Part shown: one piece after another, positions 46,905 through 54,977 of the stretch
Numbering within the stretch: the stretch's first letter is position 1
How the letters are laid out: every line of letters starts with the position of its first letter
Assembly: GCA_963810475.1 (NCBI GenBank)
Contig: CAWENY010000015.1
Coordinates: 399 to 64,398 of the forward strand
DNA length: 64,000 nt
Source: an uncultured beta proteobacterium
GTDB taxonomy: Bacteria > Pseudomonadota > Gammaproteobacteria > Burkholderiales > SG8-39
Direction of reading: 5' to 3'
Notes under the pieces: model-generated
What the model was told of the DNA's origin: nothing
The model's input: only the letters and a program-made list of their open reading frames with translations
Database searches by the model: none
Translations under genes and position numbers: made by a program

Positions 46905-47190
46905 TTAGGCTTTTTCTTTGTAGAGGTTCGGCAGGTCGAGGCGTCGGCCCGGGTCGACCAGCACGGCAAAGAACGGCGCGCCGCGCTCGCGCCGGCCAGC
47001 CGCCAGCCGCTCGAGCGCCGCGACCAGGACCTGGAAGTCTTCCCGAGCCTAGGGTATCCAGCCCCTCGAGGATCAGCACCTGGGGGCCGGAGCCGGCTTC
47101 CAGTACCGCCGTCCGCGGGATCGTCCCGTCGGTCACACGGTAGACGCCCGATCGGCTTGCATCGCGATAGCGCTCGGCTAGGTGCCCCAT
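46905..47190 (-). pseudogene. small hypothetical protein (faint barstar-like resemblance), one frameshift as read
   Basis: MGHLAERYRDASRSGVYRVTDG..QVLILEGLDTLGS, then junk. Removing one G from the GGG run (plus-strand CCC 47042-47044) gives ..SEDFQVLVAALERLAAGRRERGAPFFAVLVDPGRRLDLPNLYKEKA and a stop at 46905. Confidence 0.4.
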
Positions 47191-47337
47191 TGGCGAGCGC
47201 AGTCTACTTCAGGGCGGCGCCCCCGCCGGGCACCGCGCCGCACCATGTTTCGTCGAGAAACGGGTTCTTGGCGAGCACCTTGCCTATAGAGAATCGCTCG
47301 GCGCATACTGAATTCGCTCACGAGCGGAGGAGGACCC

Positions 47338-48588
47338 ATGTCGAGCAATACCAGTCGCAGGAATTTCATTCGCAAGACCGCAGCACTCACCGGAGGTGCC
47401 TTCGCAGCCGCCGGTAGCGCGCGCGCCGCCCCGCTGCCGATCCCGCAGACCAACCAGGAGCCCGGCCGCATCATCGAGGAGACGGCATACGGCATGCCCT
47501 CGAAGTACGAGGCGCACGTCAAGCGCCGGCGCACCGATGTGTTCAAGAACCGGCAGAACCTGTCGGACTGGAGCATGACGCCGCTGCAGCACCAGCCCGG
47601 CATCATCACGCCGAACGGCCTGATCTACGAGCGCCATCATGCCGGTACGCCCGACATCGACCCGCGCACGCACAAGCTCGTGATCCACGGCCTGGTGAAG
47701 CAGCCGCTGGAATTCTCCATGGACGATCTGCACCGCTATCCCTCGGTGTCGCGCTTCTACTTCATGGAGTGCTCGGGCAACGGCCTGACCGATTGGCTCA
47801 AGCCGGCGTCGACCACGGTGCAGCAGACGCACGGCCTGCTCTCGGGCGCGCTGTGGACCGGCGTTCTCATGTCGACACTGCTCGAAGAGGCGGGCATCGA
47901 TCCGAAGGCCAAGTGGGCGCTGCTGGAAGGCGCCGATTCCTCGGCGCACACGCGCTCGGTGCCGATGGAGAAGATGCTCGACGACACGATGATCGTGTAC
48001 GCGATGAACGGCGAGGCGCTGCGCCCGGAGAACGGTTACCCGGTGCGCGCGTTCCTCCCCGGCTGGGAAGGCAACATCTGCGTGAAGTGGCTGCGGCGTA
48101 TCGAGCTGGGCGAGCAGCCCTGGCACTTCCGCAGCGAGACCGCGCGCTACACCGACCCGATGCCGGGCGGCAAGTGGCGCCAGTTCAGCATGGTGATGGA
48201 GACCAAGTCGGTGATCACCAATCCATCGGGCGGCATGAAGATGAAGGGCCCGGGCTTCTACGAGATCACCGGGCTCGCGTGGTCGGGCGCGGGCAAGATC
48301 CGCGCGGTCGACGTCTCGGTCGACGGCGGCAAGAACTGGCGCGAGGCGAAGCTCGAGGAGCCGGTCATGGACAAGTGCCTGACGCGCTTCAAGGCCGCGT
48401 GGAATTGGGACGGCTCGCCCGCCGTGCTGATGAGCCGCGCGGTGGACAGCAACGGCTACGTACAGCCGACGGTGCAGGATCTGCAGAAGAAACGCGCGAT
48501 CGTGGGCTTCGTGCAGCACCACAACGGGATCCAGCCATGGGCGGTATCGGCCAACGGGGAGGTGCGCAATGTCATCGGCCAAGCCTAA
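47338..48588 (+). CDS. soxC: sulfite dehydrogenase molybdopterin subunit (SoxC/SorA type)
   Basis: Tat signal SRRNFIRKTAAL. ITPNGLIYERHHAG, FMECSGNG. GGAGGAGG Shine-Dalgarno sequence upstream. Confidence 0.9.
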   Translation: MSSNTSRRNFIRKTAALTGGAFAAAGSARAAPLPIPQTNQEPGRIIEETAYGMPSKYEAHVKRRRTDVFKNRQNLSDWSMTPLQHQPGIITPNGLIYERHHAGTPDIDPRTHKLVIHGLVKQPLEFSMDDLHRYPSVSRFYFMECSGNGLTDWLKPASTTVQQTHGLLSGALWTGVLMSTLLEEAGIDPKAKWALLEGADSSAHTRSVPMEKMLDDTMIVYAMNGEALRPENGYPVRAFLPGWEGNICVKWLRRIELGEQPWHFRSETARYTDPMPGGKWRQFSMVMETKSVITNPSGGMKMKGPGFYEITGLAWSGAGKIRAVDVSVDGGKNWREAKLEEPVMDKCLTRFKAAWNWDGSPAVLMSRAVDSNGYVQPTVQDLQKKRAIVGFVQHHNGIQPWAVSANGEVRNVIGQA

Positions 48589-49219
48589 GTTTTTCGCGGT
48601 CATCGCCGCGTCCGCGCTGGTCGCCGCTTGCGCCGGCACCGGTGGTAGCAGCGCCCCAGCCAAGACCTCGAACGGCATCTGGATGGGCACTACGGCGCCG
48701 CATCCGGTGCAGCCGCTCGCGGACAAGCCGCGCTTCGGCAAGCCGATCAGCGAGGCCGACCTCGCGGCGTGGAACATCGACATCCGTACGCCCGACGGGC
48801 AGGGCCTGCCCGCGGGCAGCGGAACGGTTTCCCAGGGCCAGCAGGTCTATGCGGCGAAGTGCGCCGCGTGCCATGGCGCCGACGCCAAGGGCGGCGCGGT
48901 CTACGGCACGATGGTCGGCGGCATCGGCTCGATGAACAGCTCGCCGCGCGTGCTCACCCCGGGCAGCATGTACCCGTACGCCCCGATCCTTTTCGACTAC
49001 ATCCGCCGCTCGATGCCGATGGATCGGCCGCAGACCCTGACCAACAATGAGGTGTATGCGCTTTCGGCGTACCTGCTCAACCTGAACGGCCTGGTGCCGG
49101 CCGACGCGGTGATGGACGCGCAAAGCCTGCCGAAGGTGCAGATGCCGAACCGCGCCGCTTTCCTGATCGACGACCGGCCCGATGCGCAGGCGACGCGCTG
49201 CATGGCCAATTGCAAGTGA
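48569..49219 (+). CDS. soxD: c-type cytochrome partner of SoxC (SoxD/SorB-like, monohaem)
   Basis: Single CAACHG haem site. A lipobox-like LVAAC follows the signal sequence. Overlaps the soxC 3' end by 20 nt. Confidence 0.8.
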   Translation: MSSAKPKFFAVIAASALVAACAGTGGSSAPAKTSNGIWMGTTAPHPVQPLADKPRFGKPISEADLAAWNIDIRTPDGQGLPAGSGTVSQGQQVYAAKCAACHGADAKGGAVYGTMVGGIGSMNSSPRVLTPGSMYPYAPILFDYIRRSMPMDRPQTLTNNEVYALSAYLLNLNGLVPADAVMDAQSLPKVQMPNRAAFLIDDRPDAQATRCMANCK

Positions 49220-49236
49220 CACGATGGGCGGGACAC

Positions 49237-49263
49237 GGCCGGGTCACCCCGGCCGTTTTGTTT
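49237..49263 (+). terminator. rho-independent terminator after soxD
   Basis: GGCCGGG-TCAC-CCCGGCC hairpin followed by GTTTTGTTT. Confidence 0.65.
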
Positions 49264-49300
49264 CCGCGTAGCAGAGAATTTCGTTAGGAGGTATTACCGC

Positions 49301-50518
49301 ATGGCCAAATCAGCCGCCGACTGGAACGCACCGCCGAAGTTTCCCGCGACGCACTACGTCGATTCCCGCATCTACACCGATCAATCCATCTTCGACGAGG
49401 AGATGGAGAAGCTGTTCAAGCCGTCGTGGATCATCGCCTGCCACGAATCCGAGATCGCCAATGCGTTCGATTACCGGCTGTTCACGCATCCGAGCGGCGT
49501 GCCGCTGATCATCGTGCGCGGCGACGACATGAACGTGCGCAGCTTCTACAACATCTGTCCGCACCGGGGCAACACCATCCTGTACGACCCGGCGGGCAAC
49601 GCGAAGCGCATGACCTGCATCTTCCACCAGTGGTCGTTCGATGCGCGCGGCAACTGCATCGACATCTCGCGCGCCGAGCAGGGCTATCAGGACCGCTTCT
49701 GCAAGGAGGACGCGGGCCTGCGCGAGGTGAAATGCGAGATCGGCTTCGGCGGCTTCGTCTGGGTCAACCTCGACGACGCCAGCGGCACGCTGAAGGAGTT
49801 CGTCGGTCCGGCGATGGACATCCTGGCGCCGTACATGGTCGAGCCGATGGAGGTGTTCCACTTCAACCGCGCCGTGGTCGACACCAACTACAAGCTCTGG
49901 CACGACACCAACAGCGAGTTCTACCACGACTTCGTGCACTACTTTAATCGCATCACCGGCATGATGCAGCCCGGCTATTACGACCGCAAATACACCGCGT
50001 TCGCGAACGGTCATGCCACCGTCGGTTCGATGCAGATCCAGTACGACAAGTACGAAGGCTCGAAGGCGCGCGCGGTCGGCTGGCCCGGCCTGGCGCCGGG
50101 CGGCTGGTACATGGTGGACCTCTTCCCGGGGATGACTTACAACCTGCGCACCTCGGTGCTGCGCATCGACACCGCCATCCCGCTGGGGCCGAACAAGGTC
50201 GCGATCGAGTTCCGTGGCCTGGGCCTGAAGAGCGATACGCCGGAGCAGCGCGCGCAGCGCATCTTCGACCACAACACGATCTGGGGCCCGTTCGGTCGCA
50301 ACCTGCACGAGGACCTGCTCGCGGTGCACGGCCAGGGCCGCGCGATGCGCGAGCGCACCGGCAGCCGCTGGGTGATCCAGGGTCGCGAAGAGAACAGCAC
50401 GATCCACGACGAGGTCGGCATGCGCCACTTTTACGCAGAGTGGAGCCGGCGCATGGGACGCCCGGCGCACGACCCGTTGCGCGAGAACCGGCCCGCGCCG
50501 GCGCGCGCGGCGGCGTGA
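49301..50518 (+). CDS. Rieske non-haem iron oxygenase, alpha (catalytic) subunit
   Basis: Rieske CPHRG-x..-CIFHQW (CxH-x17-CxxH). Putative mononuclear-iron region YKLWHDTNSEFYHDFVH. AGGAGG Shine-Dalgarno sequence. Confidence 0.9.
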   Translation: MAKSAADWNAPPKFPATHYVDSRIYTDQSIFDEEMEKLFKPSWIIACHESEIANAFDYRLFTHPSGVPLIIVRGDDMNVRSFYNICPHRGNTILYDPAGNAKRMTCIFHQWSFDARGNCIDISRAEQGYQDRFCKEDAGLREVKCEIGFGGFVWVNLDDASGTLKEFVGPAMDILAPYMVEPMEVFHFNRAVVDTNYKLWHDTNSEFYHDFVHYFNRITGMMQPGYYDRKYTAFANGHATVGSMQIQYDKYEGSKARAVGWPGLAPGGWYMVDLFPGMTYNLRTSVLRIDTAIPLGPNKVAIEFRGLGLKSDTPEQRAQRIFDHNTIWGPFGRNLHEDLLAVHGQGRAMRERTGSRWVIQGREENSTIHDEVGMRHFYAEWSRRMGRPAHDPLRENRPAPARAAA

Positions 50519-50526
50519 GCGCGGCC

Positions 50527-50982
50527 ATGGAGCAGCGCCAGCAGATCGAGGAGCTGGTCTACCGCTCGTGCCTCGCGCTCGACGATCGCGACTTCAAGGG
50601 ATTCCTCGCGCTGTGCGATCCGGCATTCCGCTACAAGGTCAGTGCGTACAGCCCGGAGATCCGCAAGGAGATGGTCTGGCTCGACCACGACCGCGCCGGC
50701 ATGGAGACGCTCTTCACCCAGCTGCCGCGGCACAACAGCGACCACTCGCCGCTCACGCGCCACGCCACCGTGTACACCGTCAAGGTGAACGGCACGCAGG
50801 CCGAGGTGGTGTCGGCGCTGCAGGTGTTCCGCACCTCGCTCGACGGCGGCGCCACCGAGCTCTACGGCGTGGCGCGGCTAATCGACACGGTGAAGCTCGA
50901 CGGCGGCAGCCCGAAGCTCGCCAGCCGGGTGGTGCGCATGGAAACGCGCCAGCTCGGCTTCGGCACCCATATCCCGTTCTAG
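50527..50982 (+). CDS. ring-hydroxylating oxygenase beta subunit (NTF2-like)
   Basis: 151 aa. EELVYRSCLALDDRDFKGFLALC pattern of oxygenase small subunits. Lies directly after alpha. Confidence 0.85.
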   Translation: MEQRQQIEELVYRSCLALDDRDFKGFLALCDPAFRYKVSAYSPEIRKEMVWLDHDRAGMETLFTQLPRHNSDHSPLTRHATVYTVKVNGTQAEVVSALQVFRTSLDGGATELYGVARLIDTVKLDGGSPKLASRVVRMETRQLGFGTHIPF

Positions 50983-50996
50983 GGGCCGCCGAGCGC

Positions 50997-52022
50997 ATGC
51001 GCATCCAGGTCAACGCCCGCAACCGCGGCTTCGAGTTCGACGCCGGGCCGGGAGAGCGCGTGCTCTACGCGGGCCTGCGCGCGGGCATCGACCTGCCCTA
51101 CGAGTGCGCCACCGGAACCTGCGGCACGTGCAAGGCCAAGCTGGTCTCGGGCCGGGTGGCCGACCGCTGGCCCGGCGCGCCGGGCAAGAAGTATGTGAAG
51201 CCGCAGGCGGGCGAGTTCCTCATGTGCCAGTGCGCCGCCGAGGAAGCGTTGACCCTCGAAGTCTCCAAATTCGTCTACGCAGTGGAGCCCGGCGCGTGCG
51301 TGCCGCAGACCTGCGCCGGCACTGTGCGCGGCGTGCGCGCGCTTACGCACGACGTCATGGGCTTCGCGCTCGAGCTCGAGCGGCCGCGCGACTTCGATGC
51401 CGGCCAGTTCGCGCTGCTCGCCGCCGACGGCGTAGACGGTTATCGCGCCTACTCGATGTGCAACTACGAGCGCGGCGGCCGCACGCTGGACTTCGTGGTG
51501 AAGCGCAAGCCCGACGGCGGCTTCTCGGACTGGCTGTTCGGCGCCAGCCGCGAAGGCGCCCGCCTGCAAGCGTTCGGGCCGCTCGGCAAGGCGACCTTCG
51601 ATCCCGCGCTGGGCAAGAACCTGCTGTGCATCGCCGGCGGCTCGGGCATCGCCGGCATGATGTCGATCCTGGCCCGCGCCGATGCCGCCGACTATTTTTC
51701 CAGGCATCACGGCCATGTCTTCTTCGGCATCCGGACGATGAAGGATGCTTTCTTCTTCAACGAGCTGAGCAAAACCAAAGCGGCGGTAACGGTGGCGCTT
51801 TCGGATGAGGACGTCTCCGAAAAGGCGGCCCAAGCCTGGCCCTCGTTGAAATTCGAGAAAGGCCTGGTGCACGAGGTGGCAAAGCGCGCGATGGCGGGCA
51901 AGTACCAGAACGTGCGCGCGTACGTGGCCGGCCCGCCGCCGGCGGTGGATGCCGCGATCCGCGTGCTGCTGCTGGACGCGAAGCTCACCACCGACAACAT
52001 CCGCTACGACAAATTCAGCTGA
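50997..52022 (+). CDS. oxygenase reductase: plant-type [2Fe-2S] ferredoxin + FAD/NAD(P)-binding domains
   Basis: YECATGTCGTCKAKL..FLMCQC. FAD motif RAYSMCN. NAD motif LCIAGGSGIAG. Confidence 0.9.
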   Translation: MRIQVNARNRGFEFDAGPGERVLYAGLRAGIDLPYECATGTCGTCKAKLVSGRVADRWPGAPGKKYVKPQAGEFLMCQCAAEEALTLEVSKFVYAVEPGACVPQTCAGTVRGVRALTHDVMGFALELERPRDFDAGQFALLAADGVDGYRAYSMCNYERGGRTLDFVVKRKPDGGFSDWLFGASREGARLQAFGPLGKATFDPALGKNLLCIAGGSGIAGMMSILARADAADYFSRHHGHVFFGIRTMKDAFFFNELSKTKAAVTVALSDEDVSEKAAQAWPSLKFEKGLVHEVAKRAMAGKYQNVRAYVAGPPPAVDAAIRVLLLDAKLTTDNIRYDKFS

Positions 52023-52753
52023 TGGGCAAGCGCATGGTCTGCCGCGTCGCCGACGTTCCCGAGAATTCCCTCAAGGAGTGCGAAGCCGACGGCGGGCTGA
52101 AGCTGGTGGTGGCGAACGCCGGCGGCGAGTTCGTCGGCTTCCAGGCCATGTGCCCGCACCAGGACGTTCCGCTTTGCGAGGGCCTGTTCGACGGCCAGAC
52201 GCTCACCTGCCACATGCACCTGTGGCAATGGGACGTGCGTACCGGCGCGCCGCTCGGCATCGCCGAGGCGCCGCTGCAGCGCTATGCGCTCGCGCGCGAG
52301 GGCGACGCGATCTATCTCGGCGGCGAGTCGAGCGCGCTCGACGTCGGCGAGCTCTTCAATGGACTGAATTCGTCGATCCTCGAGAAGCTGTCGGCGCTCG
52401 CGCGGCGGGAAAGCCACCCGGCGGGCGCGGTGCTCTACAAGCCGGGCGATCCGGCCGACGACCTGTACGTGCTCGATTCCGGCCGCGTCGAGTTCCTGGT
52501 GGGGCGCGGCGACCGCGCCGCGCCGGGCGGTTTCATGCTGAAGAAGGGCGAGGTGTTCGGCTGGGCGGCGCTGCTCGAAGGCTATGCGGCGCGCATCGCG
52601 AGCGCCCGCTGCCTGGAGGATGCTGTGCTCCTCAGAATCAACGGCAAGGCCGCGCTGCGGGTCCTGGAAAGCGACCCGGCGTCGGGTTTTGCCGTAATGC
52701 GTCGGCTGGCCGCGCTCATCGCGCGTTATCTGGCCACATCGGGGGCGAAATGA
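52022..52753 (+). CDS. Rieske-type ferredoxin fused to a C-terminal cNMP-binding-like domain
   Basis: N-terminal ~105 aa with CPHQDVPLC..CHMHLWQW. The C-terminal ~135 aa have a CAP-effector-like beta-roll (VLYKPGDPADDLYVLDSGRVEFLV..GEVFGWAALL..RIASARCLEDAVLLRI). No stop or start codon at the junction. Confidence 0.85.
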   Translation: MGKRMVCRVADVPENSLKECEADGGLKLVVANAGGEFVGFQAMCPHQDVPLCEGLFDGQTLTCHMHLWQWDVRTGAPLGIAEAPLQRYALAREGDAIYLGGESSALDVGELFNGLNSSILEKLSALARRESHPAGAVLYKPGDPADDLYVLDSGRVEFLVGRGDRAAPGGFMLKKGEVFGWAALLEGYAARIASARCLEDAVLLRINGKAALRVLESDPASGFAVMRRLAALIARYLATSGAK

Positions 52754-53835
52754 AACGAATCTTGGTGCTGTTGGCAATGCTGGGGATGGGCAGTGCGGGG
52801 GCGCAGCCCGTCAAGCTCGTGGTCGGGTACCAGCCGTACGACACGATTTCCTACTCGGCGGTGGTGATCCGCGCCCTCGATCTGTGGAAGAAGCACCTCC
52901 CGCCGGGCAGCGAGGTCGAGTTCCAGAACGCGCTGCAGGGCTCGATCATCGTCAACAACATGCTCGCCAACAAGCAGCAGATCGGCTACCTCGGCGACAT
53001 GCCGGCGGTGGTCGCCACGACCAAAAGGAGCGTGGCGCCGGTCAACCTGGTAGCGAACACCGGCTTCTCGCCCGGGCAGCGCTGCAACGTAATCATGGTC
53101 CGTGCCGACGCGCCGAAGTTCAAGTCGCCCGAAGAGGCGGTCAAGTGGCTGGACGGCAAGCAGCTTGCCACGCCGCAGGGCAGCTGCGCGCACCGCTTCC
53201 TCGGCCTGGTGATCGAGCGCACCAAGATCAAGCCCGCGGCGATCCTCAACCAGTCGATCGAGGTGATCGCCACCAACCTGCGCCAAGGCAAGATCGACGG
53301 CGCGGTCCTGTGGGAGCCTTCGGTGTCGCGCATCGGGGACATCGTCGGCGAAGGCTCGGGGCGCATCGTCGCCACGGGCCACACCTTCGGCATCCCGGAC
53401 GCCGGCGCGATCGCGATGCGCGAAGACTTCATGAAGAGCCGGCCGGATCTAGTCGAAGCGTGGCTGAAGATCGAGCTCGAGGCGCAGCAGTACGTGCTCG
53501 ATCCGAAGAACTGGACCAAGGTCGCCGAGTTCGTGAAGAGCCAGACGGCCGGCATCAGCGTGCCGATGGCGTGGTTCTCGATCTACGGGCAGATCCCGGC
53601 TTCGGCCGGCGGCAGCCCGATCCGCGACGAAAAGCCGTTCGTGTTCGACCCCCGCGTCCAGAAGCTGCTCGCGGAGACCTACGTCTATCTGCACCAGGCG
53701 AAGGCGATTGACGTCGACAAGCCGGCGCCCGGCGCGCTCGACGATTCCATCGCGCGCAAGGTGGCGCAGGCCGCGAAGGTGGCGCTGCCGCTCGGCGTGA
53801 TCAAGGCGCAGGATGTTTCCCGGATGCCCAAGTAG
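52750..53835 (+). CDS. NitT/TauT-family (NMT1/SsuA-like) periplasmic substrate-binding protein 1
   Basis: Sec signal MKRILVLLAMLGMGSAGA. LVVGYQPY..IIVNNMLANKQQIGYLGDMPAVVATTK. ATGA overlap with the upstream gene. Confidence 0.85.
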   Translation: MKRILVLLAMLGMGSAGAQPVKLVVGYQPYDTISYSAVVIRALDLWKKHLPPGSEVEFQNALQGSIIVNNMLANKQQIGYLGDMPAVVATTKRSVAPVNLVANTGFSPGQRCNVIMVRADAPKFKSPEEAVKWLDGKQLATPQGSCAHRFLGLVIERTKIKPAAILNQSIEVIATNLRQGKIDGAVLWEPSVSRIGDIVGEGSGRIVATGHTFGIPDAGAIAMREDFMKSRPDLVEAWLKIELEAQQYVLDPKNWTKVAEFVKSQTAGISVPMAWFSIYGQIPASAGGSPIRDEKPFVFDPRVQKLLAETYVYLHQAKAIDVDKPAPGALDDSIARKVAQAAKVALPLGVIKAQDVSRMPK

Positions 53836-53861
53836 CACACAACTGAGAAGAGGAGGCAGTC

Positions 53862-54977
53862 ATGAACAGGCGGCATTTCATCGCAGCGGCAAGTCTGATC
53901 ACAGCGGCGGCGTCGCTGAGCGGCGTGGCACTCGCGCAGGACTACGGCAAGCCCGGCGGGCCGGTCAATCTGGTGGTCGGCTACCAGCCGTATTACACGC
54001 AGTCGTGGTCCGGCGTGGTGATGCGCGGCAAGAAGTTCTACGAGAAGTACCTGCCGAAGGGCTCGAACGTCGAGTTCCAGATCGGCCTGCAGGGCGCGAT
54101 CATCGTCAACAACATGCTCGCCGGGAAGCAGCACGTCGGCTACATGGGCGACATGCCCTCGATCGTGGCGACCACCAAGACCGAAGTGGCCGATGTGCGC
54201 CTGGTCGCCAACCTCGGCCTCGCCTACGACCAGTGCAACGCCTTCCTGGTGCGCAACGACGCGCCGCAGTTCAAGAGCGACCAGGAAGCGATCCGCTGGC
54301 TGGCCGGCAAGACCGTGGCGGTGCCCAAGGGAAGCTGCACCGACCGCTTCGCGCAGGCGACCTTCAAGCGCTTCAACATCCAGCCCAAGGAGTACCTGAA
54401 CCAGAACATCGAGGTGATCACGTCCAATTTCCGCGCCGGCAAGCTCGACGCCGCGGTGATGTGGCAGCCGACCACCTCGCGCCTGGTGGACGAGGGCCTG
54501 GCGCGCCTGATCGCGACCGGCAAGAGCGTGCAGGAGAACGACGGCGGCTTCCTTGCGATGCGCGCGGACCTGATCAAGGCGCGGCCCGACGTGGTCAAGG
54601 CCTGGCTGCAGGCCGAGCTCGACGCGCAGCTCTTCATCGCCGACCCGAAGAACGCGGCCGAGGTGATCAAGATGGCGAAGGAGCAGACCACCGGCTTCTC
54701 GGAGAAGGTGCTGTGGAACTCGCTCTACGGCCGCTATCCCGACAGCGCCGGCGGCGGCGAGATGCGCAACACCATGCACTACACCTTCACGCCCGAGACG
54801 CGCGAGCTTATCAACCGGGCCGCCACCTTCCTGCACTCGATCAAGAGCATCAACACCGAGAAGATCCGGCCCGAGGCAATCGAGTCGAAGTGGACCGAGG
54901 AGATCCTGAAGGAGCGCGGCCTCAAGGCGCCGATCGCCGAGGTGAAGGCGCTGCCGGCCTCGCAGGCGCCGAAGTAG
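53862..54977 (+). CDS. NitT/TauT-family periplasmic substrate-binding protein 2 (paralog, Tat-type signal)
   Basis: MNRRHFIAAASLITAAASL twin-arginine-like signal. LVVGYQPYYTQ..IIVNNMLAGKQHVGYMGDMPSIVATTK parallels protein 1. GAGGAGG Shine-Dalgarno sequence. Confidence 0.85.
   Translation: MNRRHFIAAASLITAAASLSGVALAQDYGKPGGPVNLVVGYQPYYTQSWSGVVMRGKKFYEKYLPKGSNVEFQIGLQGAIIVNNMLAGKQHVGYMGDMPSIVATTKTEVADVRLVANLGLAYDQCNAFLVRNDAPQFKSDQEAIRWLAGKTVAVPKGSCTDRFAQATFKRFNIQPKEYLNQNIEVITSNFRAGKLDAAVMWQPTTSRLVDEGLARLIATGKSVQENDGGFLAMRADLIKARPDVVKAWLQAELDAQLFIADPKNAAEVIKMAKEQTTGFSEKVLWNSLYGRYPDSAGGGEMRNTMHYTFTPETRELINRAATFLHSIKSINTEKIRPEAIESKWTEEILKERGLKAPIAEVKALPASQAPK

Noticed and set aside
49301-50518. 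Direct orthology of the oxygenase alpha subunit to methanesulfonate monooxygenase MsmA
   Set aside because: The Rieske motif spacing here is the standard 17 residues, not the long spacer I recall for MsmA. The gene order also differs (reductase before ferredoxin). I kept only a functional analogy.
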